The notes under the pieces: generated by a model | What the model was told of the DNA's origin: nothing | The model's input: the letters and a program-made list of their open reading frames with translations, nothing else | The model's database searches: none | Made by a program: the position numbers and the translations under genes | In this document: piece after piece, positions 1 through 10,220 of the stretch | Numbering within the stretch: the first letter of the stretch is position 1 | Layout: each line of letters opens with the position of its first letter | Assembly: GCA_000146045.2 (NCBI GenBank) | Contig: BK006944.2 | Span: 64,001 to 128,000 of the forward strand | Origin: TPA_inf: Saccharomyces | Lineage: Eukaryota | Reading direction: 5' to 3' | Length of the DNA stretch: 64,000 bases

Positions 1-350
1 GCTTCTTCTTTTCTTCATCTTCATTCTTCTTGTTTTTCTCTTCCTGCTTCTTTTTTTCCTCTTCTTCGTTCTTCTTCTTTTCTTCATCTTCATTCTTCTT
101 ATTTTCTTCATCTTCATTCTTCATCTTTTCTCCTTCTTCCTGCTTCTTCTTCTCTTCTTCTTCCTTCTTCTTTTTCTCCTCTTCCTCCTGCTTCTTCTTT
201 TCTTCTTCTTCCTTCTTTTTCTTCTCTTCTTCTTCCTTCTTTTTCTTCTCTTCCTCTTCCTTCTTTTTCTTTTCTTCTTCTTCCTTCTTCTTCTTTTCCT
301 CTTCTTCCTTCTTCTTCTTCTCCTCTTCCTCCTTCTTCTTCTTCTCCCTC
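1..350 (-). repeat. MNN4: Coding minisatellite with a 12/24-bp period (GAAGAAGAAGAAAAAGAAGAAG on the minus strand), encoding the (KKKKEEEE)n C-terminal tail of Mnn4p.
   Basis: The plus strand is an almost pure CTT/CTC/TTT repeat over 1-350. The correct frame on the minus strand gives alternating Lys and Glu blocks. The ORF-track items 30..380(+) and 121..462(-) are wrong-frame readings of this repeat. Confidence 0.85.
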
Positions 351-3300
351 CGCTTTCTTTCTTCAAGTAACTTGGCATAAGCATAGTCCTCGTATACAAT
401 AATAGGGTCCTTATCAAACATTTGAATACCCTTTCTGTTAACGTCGGATAAAGTTGGCGCAAAAAGGTCTAAACCATATGAATTTAAATCCAAAAAGGAG
501 TTGCTACTAAAGTTTAAATTTGATTTAAAATCCACAGGATTTACTTCAACAGTATTAGCAGGAGTATAATCTTCTGTGTTATCATCTAGAGTTGTTCCAG
601 TTTCATCAAAAGTAATGTTGAAAAGTGAAAAATTCCTGTATTTCAAACTTTCGGACAGATCAATAATTTTTCCGACATATTCTTCATGAACAATCTTGGT
701 AACTTGATCTAATGTAGTCTGGTTCATAGATTTTGATAAATCCTTCCACATAGCTTTTTCATAACCAAAAAGAAATGGGTCCTTTGCAGGGGAGCTTAAC
801 TTAGGAGCAACATTAATGCGCAATTGATGTAATAATTTCTTTTTTTCAATAAATGTCAGGTTTTGGCAGTATTGAATTTCCAATTCCTTTTGCCTATATG
901 CAGTGACATTGAAGGAATTGTACAAGTTAGTAAATACCTCGATAAAGCCAGCTTTTGGAATATTTTTATAAATTAAGCGAACATCATCCATGGATAGGTT
1001 TTTGAAAGAGTATTCAGAGACTTTGTTGGAATCAAAAAGTTTCGACTCAAATTTCGTAGACGATATTTCTTTCAAGAGGTTCGGATTCCATGAATTAATA
1101 CTGGGGATGTTTGGATACCATGAATTAATATTACTGCATTTCTTTAACCCGTCATAGTCGAACCAAAATCTAAATTCGGGCAAATAAGCAGTATTTTTGT
1201 AAGCATCAAATGCATATCTATCAGGTACATGATATTCATTGTGCAAGCAGTAGGTATGTCTGTGAGGAATCAACGCTGGCACACCATGGAAAACAGTATT
1301 GATTAAGGGAGATAGTTCCTCGAACGAGTTAAAATGGTTGTTTCTACAATTGTAAAGTTTAAGTTTTTCGTTGAGAAAATATCTTTGTTTAGGATTCAAC
1401 TTGTTTTCAATGGTCTTAGACTTTGGTAACTCTTCCAGTTCCTTTTTCAAAAGATCTTTCAAATCAGTATCAGTGGGGACTCTTTTATGATTTTTATTTT
1501 CGTCGCTGGTAATGTAATCACGTAGCTCAGTGATGTTTAGTGTAGCCATATTGACTAACCCATCATCTACTTTGTCGGGCAAAGTAGCGGTCTCACCGTT
1601 CGATTCAGGGATATTATTGATATCCAAATGTTCCTCTTGCAACCGCTCTTCAATATAAGAATTCAAGTAATCCCTACTAGGGGCAGAAGTGCTAGCTAGA
1701 CCGGTAATATCAATGTAAAGGCCGGTGTCGACGTCAATGAATCTTGCATCGATATTGTTTTTACCGTTACCGTTAATTCTTACTGTCAAGGAGTCGCTGA
1801 CGTCTAGGAAATAACGTCCATTACCCTGTCTTGGGTCTTCCAATATAAGAGATTGGTTGAAGTATTGACTGAGCAATTGTAAATGCTTAATGGGCATTTG
1901 CAAGTCGAAATCGTTATCCCAAGGGAAAGCCATTCCATTGTAAAGATAGCCGTACAGCGTTCCGTGAGACAACCAAGATATGATGCCGTTGGCTTTAGTA
2001 AACTTTTGGAATGTTCTGATCATTGAGTTCAATCTAGCCTGGTATTCTTGTTTATCATTGATTAATGTATCAACATTGAAGAACCTCTTGTCACGATGGA
2101 ACCCCATACCTTTATATTGCTTCACGGCACCAGCCTCATAGAAGAACTTTCTTTGCAATGCAGGGCTTGTCTTTACGGAATTCTTCAAACTGTTCAGATA
2201 ATTCTCATTATGAGCGGAAAATTTGTCCGGATAGAGTTTCTTCTGTTCCTCTAACTCTTCAATTTTTTTGGAGGCATCGAACTTGAAATCCGAAGGGGAT
2301 AAATAAACCAAATCTTTATCAAAAGTGAATTTATCAGTTTCTTCAATTTCCAGTTTGTATAGGGAGTTAACTTGGTCGTTATTGACGAATTCCTGGAAAA
2401 GCCTGTTATGGTTGAATTCTACGTCCTGTTTATTTTTCTTTCTCTTGTTCGTAGAATTAATGTTATCATTAATATATTCCTGCAACAGGCCGGATTGCAC
2501 CAAGTTTTTTGATTTTTCAGTTTGCAAGGGGACTTGATACGTGGAATTATCTGATTCGATGATGGAAATGGATAGTGGATGCGACTGTGTAGTCAAAATG
2601 TAGTTTCTTGCCTGCAATTGGTAAACTTCGGGTCTAACTTTATCATACAGCTCCTTTATTTGAAATTGCGTATTAAATCTTAAACCCTTAGGAGAGCCAT
2701 GCCCGTCTGGAGTGAATAGCTTGGAACAATGCTTTTTTAGTTCCTTTGAGTCTTTGATTCTGTCCTGGTTTCTAGCGGCCTTGTACCACAGTTTCTGCGC
2801 GTACTTTGGTCTTTCGTATAGGAACAAAGGTTCGCCGAGCTCTGTCTCAATGGCCTCTAAAGACTCTTTGTCGAAAGCGGACTGGAAAAGAAAATTGCAG
2901 GGCAGAACAGTTTTATCTATGGAAATCAGCTTATTCAGCTCGTGGAAGGTTGTCCAGTCGTACCATGAAAAGGGTAACTTTTCTGGCTGATCTGCGTCAT
3001 TATTTTGCAAATGGTTCAGCACAACGGACCACGTGAGACGAGGGTCGAAGTCGTAAAACTTCAACTCATCCACGGATTCGAGCTTACTGCCCTTTCGAGG
3101 GCCCATTTTGACCGAGAGCAGGTCATTTTGCAGAGTATATTCATTGACCCATTTAGGGTTGGTGCCGAATTTTAAATTTTCGTATAATGTCTTAGCGAAC
3201 TGGATCTTGCGATCGTTTTTGAAAGACGAAGTCAGGATGCTATACCAGGAATCATCATCACTGTCAAGTTCGTTGTAATTTGGTAGAAGGTAATCAGCGT

Positions 3301-3466
3301 CCCGCCCAAGTCCGTTACGCTGCGGTGAATTTGACCAGATAAACGTTATAATGATGATCTGCAGTAGAATCAGTGGAAGGAGAATGCGCCTTAATGGGTA
3401 GTGCTTGACACGCAGCAGGCCAGATAAGAACCGCCTGTGAAGTTTAGATGATATTCGCTGAAGCAT
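1..3466 (-). CDS. MNN4: MNN4, positive regulator of mannosylphosphate transfer (LicD/fukutin-like). The start codon is at 3464-3466 on the minus strand. The 3' end (C-terminal KKKKEEEE repeat tail) runs off the window start, so the CDS is partial.
   Basis: The minus-strand translation from 3466 reads MLQRISSKLHRRFLSGLLRVKHYPLRRILLPLILLQIIIITFIWSNS... and later ...MFDKDPIIVYEDYAYAKLLEERKRREKKKKEEEEKKKK..., which I recognise as Mnn4p. No in-frame stop occurs before position 1. The ORF is absent from the ORF track because it is open-ended. Confidence 0.9.
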   Translation of the reverse strand, partial: MLQRISSKLHRRFLSGLLRVKHYPLRRILLPLILLQIIIITFIWSNSPQRNGLGRDADYLLPNYNELDSDDDSWYSILTSSFKNDRKIQFAKTLYENLKFGTNPKWVNEYTLQNDLLSVKMGPRKGSKLESVDELKFYDFDPRLTWSVVLNHLQNNDADQPEKLPFSWYDWTTFHELNKLISIDKTVLPCNFLFQSAFDKESLEAIETELGEPLFLYERPKYAQKLWYKAARNQDRIKDSKELKKHCSKLFTPDGHGSPKGLRFNTQFQIKELYDKVRPEVYQLQARNYILTTQSHPLSISIIESDNSTYQVPLQTEKSKNLVQSGLLQEYINDNINSTNKRKKNKQDVEFNHNRLFQEFVNNDQVNSLYKLEIEETDKFTFDKDLVYLSPSDFKFDASKKIEELEEQKKLYPDKFSAHNENYLNSLKNSVKTSPALQRKFFYEAGAVKQYKGMGFHRDKRFFNVDTLINDKQEYQARLNSMIRTFQKFTKANGIISWLSHGTLYGYLYNGMAFPWDNDFDLQMPIKHLQLLSQYFNQSLILEDPRQGNGRYFLDVSDSLTVRINGNGKNNIDARFIDVDTGLYIDITGLASTSAPSRDYLNSYIEERLQEEHLDINNIPESNGETATLPDKVDDGLVNMATLNITELRDYITSDENKNHKRVPTDTDLKDLLKKELEELPKSKTIENKLNPKQRYFLNEKLKLYNCRNNHFNSFEELSPLINTVFHGVPALIPHRHTYCLHNEYHVPDRYAFDAYKNTAYLPEFRFWFDYDGLKKCSNINSWYPNIPSINSWNPNLLKEISSTKFESKLFDSNKVSEYSFKNLSMDDVRLIYKNIPKAGFIEVFTNLYNSFNVTAYRQKELEIQYCQNLTFIEKKKLLHQLRINVAPKLSSPAKDPFLFGYEKAMWKDLSKSMNQTTLDQVTKIVHEEYVGKIIDLSESLKYRNFSLFNITFDETGTTLDDNTEDYTPANTVEVNPVDFKSNLNFSSNSFLDLNSYGLDLFAPTLSDVNRKGIQMFDKDPIIVYEDYAYAKLLEERKRREKKKKEEEEKKKKEEEEKKKKEEEEKKKKEEEEKKKKEEEEKKKKEEEEKKKQEEEEKKKKEEEEKKKQEEGEKMKNEDEENKKNEDEEKKKNEEEEKKKQEEKNKKNEDEEKKK

Positions 3467-3760
3467 AACTAATTAGTTTATTTGTGTGAAGGAATAGTGA
3501 CGTTGTGATGCGGTGAGTTCGGCGGTTAGGGGAATGGTATATGATAAAAAACGGAAACGTGCTTCTTTAATTTAATTGTTTAATATTGTTGCAGATATAT
3601 AAAAAGGGGGAAAGAACCAAAGATGTAATTATTTCTTTATTGCCTCAACCTAAAGCAAGCAATAAGGTATAGAGATCAGGACGTCTCGAGAGCTGATATC
3701 AAATTTGAAGCCACGCAAGTAACTACGTAGGTCAGAGGGCACAAGGAATAACACGTGACA

Positions 3761-3797
3761 TTTTTCTTTTTTCTTTTTTTTTTTTTTTTTTTTTTTT
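3761..3797. promoter_or_regulatory. Long poly(dA:dT) tract of 37 nt, including 24 consecutive T, in the MNN4 5' region and PTK1 3' region. Likely a nucleosome-excluding promoter element.
   Basis: The sequence tttttcttttttc followed by t(24) is seen directly. It sits about 300 bp upstream of the MNN4 ATG on the MNN4 coding strand, where it reads as poly(A). Confidence 0.5.
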
Positions 3798-4231
3798 GTT
3801 AGTCTTGGCTTCTGTGCCGTAGTCTGTATACGGTTTTAGATGCGGTATGTTTATCATCGCCCAGAAATTTGCGGGGTGCAAAGAAATAAAATCCGTGCTG
3901 AAACCCGTGCTGAAATCCGTGCACCGCATCAAATTTTCTCGGAGGATTCTTTGCGCCGGTTTTCATTTTCTTCCACGGAATACCAAGCCCATTGCATCGC
4001 GATGTTAGTTTAGCGGAGTTTCTTGGCATTGGCAAATCTCTGCTAAATGCTGCGTACAGACGGAAACTCACACCGCCGCGAAGACTGGTCAGTGGCAAAA
4101 AAAAAATAAAAATATAGAAAATAACTATTACGTATGTTACTGTTTCTGGTAGTTGATATGAAGTTGGAGTTGTATATTGTACGCTTTAGGAACAGGGAAG
4201 TGAATATTATTTACTCTGCTGCACATTCTGG

Positions 4232-6220
4232 CTAGGTCGAAGCCGGAACTTGAGAAGACGCCGCGCTAGAACTATGGACCAAGCTGTTGACAATGTTCAG
4301 ATGGTGATGCACTACCCTGTGCGGGGAGTGGCCACGGACGCGAGCGGAAGGTGCGGAAGGTGCGGAAGGTGCGGGAGTTGCGGGAGGTTCTTCGCTAAGC
4401 GTGAGGGTTGCTAGCTGGGGCGGCGGGGTTTCCCTAAGTGTAAATAAGGCCTCGGCTGGCACATGAGTCGCCGGAGGAGGCGGCGGAGGCGACGACGCTA
4501 AAACCGTGGCCGTTGGGGAAGGATGGGCGGCTATATCTACCATTGACCTGATGGGGACTCGGTTCTTAAGGAATGGGTTTGAGGTGGGTGTGGTTGCAGC
4601 AACATCTGTAGCGATATGGAAACCCCGCGGATTCTCGTACGTAGTGGTTTTGATAATAGGTTTCTTACACACATATTTGTCGTTGGCATCAACACAAGTC
4701 TCAATTCCTTGGAACCATGGGTCTTCGAAGAGGTCGTCGATGGTGTAGCGGGTGGCGGCTTCTGGGTCAGCGAGCCGCCATGCCACGCGAGATGCATGTC
4801 CGTTCTTGAAATTTCTAGCCAAGTGATACTCCATTCCCGGCCCCGGGCGGTAATTGCCGCGATTGCGGAATGCGCGATCGTGAAGACGGATAAAGTTTTC
4901 ATAAGCGTCACAGTAATCGCGGAAACCAGTGTCGAAGCTGCAGGATTCCAAAAATGGAATGACGTTGTTGACGAGGGTCATGAGGATAATACCCAGGCCA
5001 TAACAGTCTAGAGCGCGTGGGTCATACGGCTGTTGCAATTCCGTATCGTAGTGCTTCTTGGAGTCGTAGAACATGACCTCCGGGGGAGCATACGGCGGCG
5101 AGCCGATCATCCCTGCGCACTTCTTGACAGGGCTGGACAGGTCGTGTGGATCCGTGTGGTACCAGTCTGAGATACCAAAATCTGTCAGCTTGCACACGCC
5201 GTCCGGGGATAGCAGTACATTTTCCGGTTTCAAATCACGGTGGGCGATGCCCTGATCGTGGCAAAACTTGACACCACACGCCACCTGTTTGAATATACAA
5301 AACTTTTCTGCTAGGGCCACGCTGCGCCAGCCCGATTTTTGTATCATCGCGAACAAATCTCGTAGACCTAGCTCCATGACGAACCCCCACCCGCGAGTGG
5401 TGTAGACGGTGGTGGGCACCTTGACTAGAAGGAAAGTATTTGTGATGTGAACATGATGACTTAGCTGCTTTGCGATGATAAACTCCTTTGAGCAGCGCTT
5501 GTAGAATTTCTCGGGCGTTTCATTATAGATCATATTGAGCTTCTTTAGAGCAAATACGTCCTTCTTGCGGTACTTGGAGCGGATCTTGCGCACTTCGCAC
5601 GAACCGCCCCATCCGATGGTCTTATTCTCATCATCAAAGACGAAGTTATCGCTCAACTGGATGCTTGCCTCCTTCATCTCGTCGGGCAGATACTCGTTTG
5701 GGTCCACAATTGGGATCGGCAGCATGCGGATTTTGGAATCCCCATCGTGAAGGTAGAAGCCCAGATCAGGGTCTTTCTTCATGGAGGTAGAGACGGACGA
5801 GAGTGACGTGCTTGGGGTTGAGACGCCGTATGGATTGTACACTAATCGTTCGCTACTGAACTTGGAGTTTGAGAGATTACGCGAAGTGGACGAATGTCTG
5901 TTTCCTCTTGAGATGGACGTGCTGGAGCCGGCCGGAGGTAGGATCTTGGTTGAGGCGGAAGATAAAGATCTCTTGCTGTTGGTTGTGTGAGCGAAAGAGT
6001 TTGCACGGCGAGAGGTTTTCAACGAATTCGGCAGTTTTGGGCTGGAGGATTCGCTGTCATTAGTACTTGTAGAGTGGAAGTCTGGAGGTAGAGACGCCTT
6101 TTTCTTCAACTTGTTCCCATGGCTTGAACTTAACAGCTTCTTTCCGAAGAACTTAAATGCTGATACCGAGGAGATTGGTTGTTGGGATATCTTCGTAGAA
6201 TGATTGTGTGAGACTGTCAT
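4232..6220 (-). CDS. PTK1: PTK1, serine/threonine protein kinase that regulates polyamine uptake.
   Basis: A 662-aa ORF. The kinase catalytic motifs HRDLKPENVLL and DFGIS are visible in the translation. The N-terminal half is S/T/P-rich low complexity. I recognise it as YKL198C. Confidence 0.9.
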   Translation of the reverse strand: MTVSHNHSTKISQQPISSVSAFKFFGKKLLSSSHGNKLKKKASLPPDFHSTSTNDSESSSPKLPNSLKTSRRANSFAHTTNSKRSLSSASTKILPPAGSSTSISRGNRHSSTSRNLSNSKFSSERLVYNPYGVSTPSTSLSSVSTSMKKDPDLGFYLHDGDSKIRMLPIPIVDPNEYLPDEMKEASIQLSDNFVFDDENKTIGWGGSCEVRKIRSKYRKKDVFALKKLNMIYNETPEKFYKRCSKEFIIAKQLSHHVHITNTFLLVKVPTTVYTTRGWGFVMELGLRDLFAMIQKSGWRSVALAEKFCIFKQVACGVKFCHDQGIAHRDLKPENVLLSPDGVCKLTDFGISDWYHTDPHDLSSPVKKCAGMIGSPPYAPPEVMFYDSKKHYDTELQQPYDPRALDCYGLGIILMTLVNNVIPFLESCSFDTGFRDYCDAYENFIRLHDRAFRNRGNYRPGPGMEYHLARNFKNGHASRVAWRLADPEAATRYTIDDLFEDPWFQGIETCVDANDKYVCKKPIIKTTTYENPRGFHIATDVAATTPTSNPFLKNRVPIRSMVDIAAHPSPTATVLASSPPPPPPATHVPAEALFTLRETPPPQLATLTLSEEPPATPAPSAPSAPSARVRGHSPHRVVHHHLNIVNSLVHSSSAASSQVPAST
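4344..4388 (-). repeat. PTK1: Tandem repeat of five 9-bp units (GCGGAAGGT x3, then GCGGGAGTT and GCGGGAGGT), encoding the APSAPSAPS repeat in the PTK1 N-terminal region.
   Basis: The repeat is seen directly on the plus strand. The minus-strand translation gives ...PATPAPSAPSAPSARVRG... Confidence 0.7.
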
Positions 6221-6733
6221 TGGTTGGTGGTGCGATTTAATGCGTATGCTTGCCTGTGGCGTTAAAATGGTCTATACGTTTATGCTAATATTTCTTGATG
6301 TAATGCAGGGCCTATGAATACATGGAGGTTTGTTGCCGGTGGTATACGGTTGAAAAAAAAAAGAAATAGATATATATATATTTCTTCTTTGTATAGACTT
6401 CTGCGAGAAAAAGAAAAGATAAGGAAAAATGAAAAAAAAAGCGTATAGGTGCTAAGAAGAATTAAGTATCAAAAGGTAGCAGGCATTTATGTTATATATG
6501 CAACTTCGGATTTCGTTCAATACATCTTGACCGGTCTCCACTGTTACTGGCATATTTCTCGGGTTTTTCCTTTTCACCACAAGGGAAAAAAAATGCGTTA
6601 TGTAATTTCACCAATATTTTTCCCGTCCTGCGTGCTCGCACAATACAATAGGGTCATGTCACGTAATAAGCAACGTGCGCCGCATTTTTTGCCCTTTAAA
6701 GGGAAACGCGCTTTGTTCTTTTCTTCTTCCTTT

Positions 6734-9700
6734 TCACATAAGGGAGAGTCGGCTACCAATGTCGATGGAATTCTCACCATTGGGCATCTCACCGTTCCTA
6801 TCCTTCTGGAACCTATCGTAAATCCCCCTTAATTTGACCAACTCACTTGTTGAAATACTAGGTTTTGTCTCTTGACAGGCTTCCAATAAATCGTTTATTG
6901 TGACCACAGCTGTCAGCTCAGAAGCAGCTGAAGTGCTTGTCTTTGTCTCGTGCACCACATCTTGCTGCAATAGAGTCTTTAGCCGTAGTCTATTTTCTTC
7001 TCTACGCCCGTGCTCATTGATACTGAAGTATTCTATATTATCATTGCCGGGTACCACTTCCGATTGGTCTGCAGCAGACAGCCACCTATGTACAGATTTC
7101 AAATAAGCATTGTAGCAGAGCCCCTGTAAATCAGCACCCGAAAAACCAGCTGTCTTTTCAGCGATCAACTTCAAGTCTGCATTTTTCTCCAATGCAAATT
7201 TTTTTTGTCCCGTATCCTTGTCTTTTGAATTGACGATAGCTTGCAAGATATCTAACCTCTCTGATTCAGTCGGTATATTACAGATCACACTTTTGTCTAA
7301 TCTTCCCGGTCTTAACAATGCGCTATCAATCAAATCAGGTCTACTTGTAGCTGCTAGTATATATACACCATCAAGGCCCTCGGCACCATCCATTTGGGTC
7401 AATAATTGATTGACTACACGGTCTGTGACACCAGTGGAGTCATGCCCTCTCTTTGGCGCAATAGAATCGAACTCGTCAAAAAATAGAATACAGGGTTTGA
7501 CGGACTGTGCCCTTTCAAACAATTCTCTTATGTTTTGTTCGCTGGCACCTATAAACTTGTTTAAAATCTCTGGTCCCTTAACGGAGATAAAGTTTAACCC
7601 ACATTGTTGTGCCACGGCGCTCGCCAGAAGCGTTTTACCACAACCAGGATAACCGTAAAGCAAGATTCCTGATCTCAATCTTAGGGGACAATTAACGAAA
7701 ATAGGCTCATATTTTGTGGGCCACTCTAAGGTTTCTAGAAGGACATCTTTGGCATTTGCTAAAGCACCAATATCCCCCCATTTGATGTTCGTTTCTTTTG
7801 TTAGCTTTACTCCACGCAACGCAGATGGTGTAAACGCACTAAGCGACTTCGAAAAAAGTTCCCTTGTTACAACATTATCACAATCTCTTTCCAACTGCAA
7901 GTCGTAGAAAATCTTTTCTGTGAATATTTCCAAATCTAGTGGCGAAAATCCTTCTGTCTCCAACGACAAATCACTGAATTGCAAATCTCGATTTAGTTTC
8001 ATGATCTGGTTTTTCGAGAAAAAATACTCCAGTAACTTCGCTCTTGCATGTTTGTCAGGTGCTCTCAAAGACCACGTCTCTGAAACAAAATGCTTATCAA
8101 ACAATAGCGGATTAATTTGAGTTTTCTGCTTGCCTGAAAATAAAACTCTGATTCGTTTATTATCCTTGTTAAATATCTTTGTCACCTGATTGATGAAAAA
8201 ATTCAAAAGTTTGCTTGCATTATCCCATTGGCCATTATTAGAAGGATCTCCGTCATTGGCTTGAGGTTTTCCAAATAGAGCCTCAACGTTATCCAACACA
8301 ATCAAAGAAGGACCATACCAATAACAAAAAGAACACCATTCCATAATTAATTTTTGGGTTTTATCTAAATTTGATGTCTCGTGCAATGTTTCACAATCCG
8401 CATATTTAACGAAGATGTGATGATCTTTTTCCACTTCATTTATAAGCTCTTTTAATAACCTTGTTTTACCGATCCCTTGCTTACCATCTAATATAATAGC
8501 TGGTGTGGCAATAATAGGCGATGTCAAATAATTGACCATTTCTTTCTTGATACTATTTACCGTAATGAAATCATCTTCATCTTTACTAGTGCGCGAAACT
8601 TCGCCAGTTTCTTTGACGTGGTAATGTTTAGGCAAATGCCTTTCGATAATATCTTTAACTTCTTCTTTACCCATTTGGGTTACTTTCCATTGAACGGATT
8701 CATTGGAAATTTCATTCAAATTACACAACTGCTGCTCGGATTCACCTTTTTTTATTTCGATTATAATTTGCTCTGTTGGAAGTATTAAGTTATTGGTCAA
8801 TAAGCTCCCGCCCAACAACTTAGAATACTGATCCCCACTCTTGGTAGGAACGTCCTTGCCAAAATATTTGATATTGACTGTTGCATTTCTTCCGGATATT
8901 ATATTTGCTTGATTCATTTGTAGAAACTCTAGTTTGATTTTTGCTCCGTTCATTGGGTGCGTAAAGAATGCATCCCAAAGATGAGAGCTTAATGCAATGT
9001 GATTTTCGGGTATCTGACTATCACATTTTATAAAAACCCCAATCTTCTTCGAAGGGATACCAACTGATTTATTATCTGAATCGCTTTTCTTGGACTGCCT
9101 TAAGCTACATTTTACGATAGAAGCGTAGCCCTTCTGAGAAGGCAATTGTGCCCCGTCACTGATATATACGACAAAAAGGTTATCTTTAGGGAAGTCCATT
9201 TTGCACACAGTACTCCTCAATATTACCTTCTTTAAAAGTTGGATAGCCCCATTTTTTAGTATTGTCTTATTACTATGACCATACTCAGCCTTCACCAAAC
9301 GTGTTTTATTGACTTTTGGTGCCACAACAACCAAGGAACCATCTGTGATCCTCGCAGACTTCATTGATGGCTCCACCCTGTCAATTTTGAACTTTGTAAC
9401 AATTCCTTCCAAATAACAAATCAAAGTCTCACCTGGGGTAACTATACGGGTTTGGTGCAAAATCTCACCATTTTGGAACCTCATCGCATTGGCATCGATA
9501 ATTTCCCAATCATCACTCGTTTCTGGCGTGACATACACCTCCGTAGCCAGGTGTGTGTGGTCATATCGCTGGATGTATAAGTCCACCAATGGAGACTTTT
9601 GATTTAAATCATATACTGTGGCCAAAACAGGATTGATAAGAACAACATTCTCACTCGATCCAGAATCATGGCCATCCCATCCAAGATGAACAATAGGTAT

Positions 9701-9865
9701 ATCTGAATTATGAGAATGGACTGCTATACCGAATTCCTGGATAGCGTAGTTGGTTGACTCTAACACGTTTATAATTGAATGCGGTAACCTTAAAAAGTTT
9801 CCTACTATGGCATTGGAGAATTGGATTCTCAGATTCTCAAACTTCAACCTCTTGGTCGTCGTCAT
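6734..9865 (-). CDS. PEX1: PEX1, AAA-ATPase peroxin required for recycling of the peroxisomal import receptor.
   Basis: A 1043-aa ORF. Two Walker A motifs are visible (GKQGIGKT in D1, GYPGCGKT in D2), with a Walker B (ILFFDEFD) in D2. Confidence 0.93.
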   Translation of the reverse strand: MTTTKRLKFENLRIQFSNAIVGNFLRLPHSIINVLESTNYAIQEFGIAVHSHNSDIPIVHLGWDGHDSGSSENVVLINPVLATVYDLNQKSPLVDLYIQRYDHTHLATEVYVTPETSDDWEIIDANAMRFQNGEILHQTRIVTPGETLICYLEGIVTKFKIDRVEPSMKSARITDGSLVVVAPKVNKTRLVKAEYGHSNKTILKNGAIQLLKKVILRSTVCKMDFPKDNLFVVYISDGAQLPSQKGYASIVKCSLRQSKKSDSDNKSVGIPSKKIGVFIKCDSQIPENHIALSSHLWDAFFTHPMNGAKIKLEFLQMNQANIISGRNATVNIKYFGKDVPTKSGDQYSKLLGGSLLTNNLILPTEQIIIEIKKGESEQQLCNLNEISNESVQWKVTQMGKEEVKDIIERHLPKHYHVKETGEVSRTSKDEDDFITVNSIKKEMVNYLTSPIIATPAIILDGKQGIGKTRLLKELINEVEKDHHIFVKYADCETLHETSNLDKTQKLIMEWCSFCYWYGPSLIVLDNVEALFGKPQANDGDPSNNGQWDNASKLLNFFINQVTKIFNKDNKRIRVLFSGKQKTQINPLLFDKHFVSETWSLRAPDKHARAKLLEYFFSKNQIMKLNRDLQFSDLSLETEGFSPLDLEIFTEKIFYDLQLERDCDNVVTRELFSKSLSAFTPSALRGVKLTKETNIKWGDIGALANAKDVLLETLEWPTKYEPIFVNCPLRLRSGILLYGYPGCGKTLLASAVAQQCGLNFISVKGPEILNKFIGASEQNIRELFERAQSVKPCILFFDEFDSIAPKRGHDSTGVTDRVVNQLLTQMDGAEGLDGVYILAATSRPDLIDSALLRPGRLDKSVICNIPTESERLDILQAIVNSKDKDTGQKKFALEKNADLKLIAEKTAGFSGADLQGLCYNAYLKSVHRWLSAADQSEVVPGNDNIEYFSINEHGRREENRLRLKTLLQQDVVHETKTSTSAASELTAVVTINDLLEACQETKPSISTSELVKLRGIYDRFQKDRNGEMPNGENSIDIGSRLSLM

Positions 9866-10220
9866 TTGAAAGAGCAGTTCCTCAGGTGTTTCTTGTTACT
9901 GCCGTCCCTTCCAGAAGAAATTCGACGATGACAATAGTCGGAGAGATATTCCGGACCTTTATAATTGCGGCTACGCACAAGAATAAATCGCGATAGTAAT
10001 CGGATATAAGACAATAAAGTCCAGCTAACTTGGTTGGAGAATTCGACAGATTACCATGAATATAGAAATCGATGTTTTTTTTTGTCCACGCCGATTGATC
10101 AGCCATTTTTTTTTATCAGGGTCGCAACTGCCCTGTGCAAATAAGAAAGCCTGAAATGGTTGCACAAAGACCACAAACAAGGGCATACGCCAGTACAGTA
10201 TTATGGACTCATGCCATCGA

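Noticed and set aside
30-462. ORF-track ORFs 30..380(+), poly-Phe/Ser, and 121..462(-), poly-Arg/Lys.
   Set aside because: They are wrong-frame readings of the MNN4 KKKKEEEE minisatellite. Position 30 is TTG, so the track allows non-ATG starts. The true frame is the open-ended MNN4 CDS on the minus strand.
3732-4098. ORFs 3732..3932(-) and 3799..4098(-) in the MNN4-PTK1 spacer.
   Set aside because: They run through the poly(dT) tract (poly-Lys artefact) and have no recognisable domains. I treat the region as promoter/terminator DNA.
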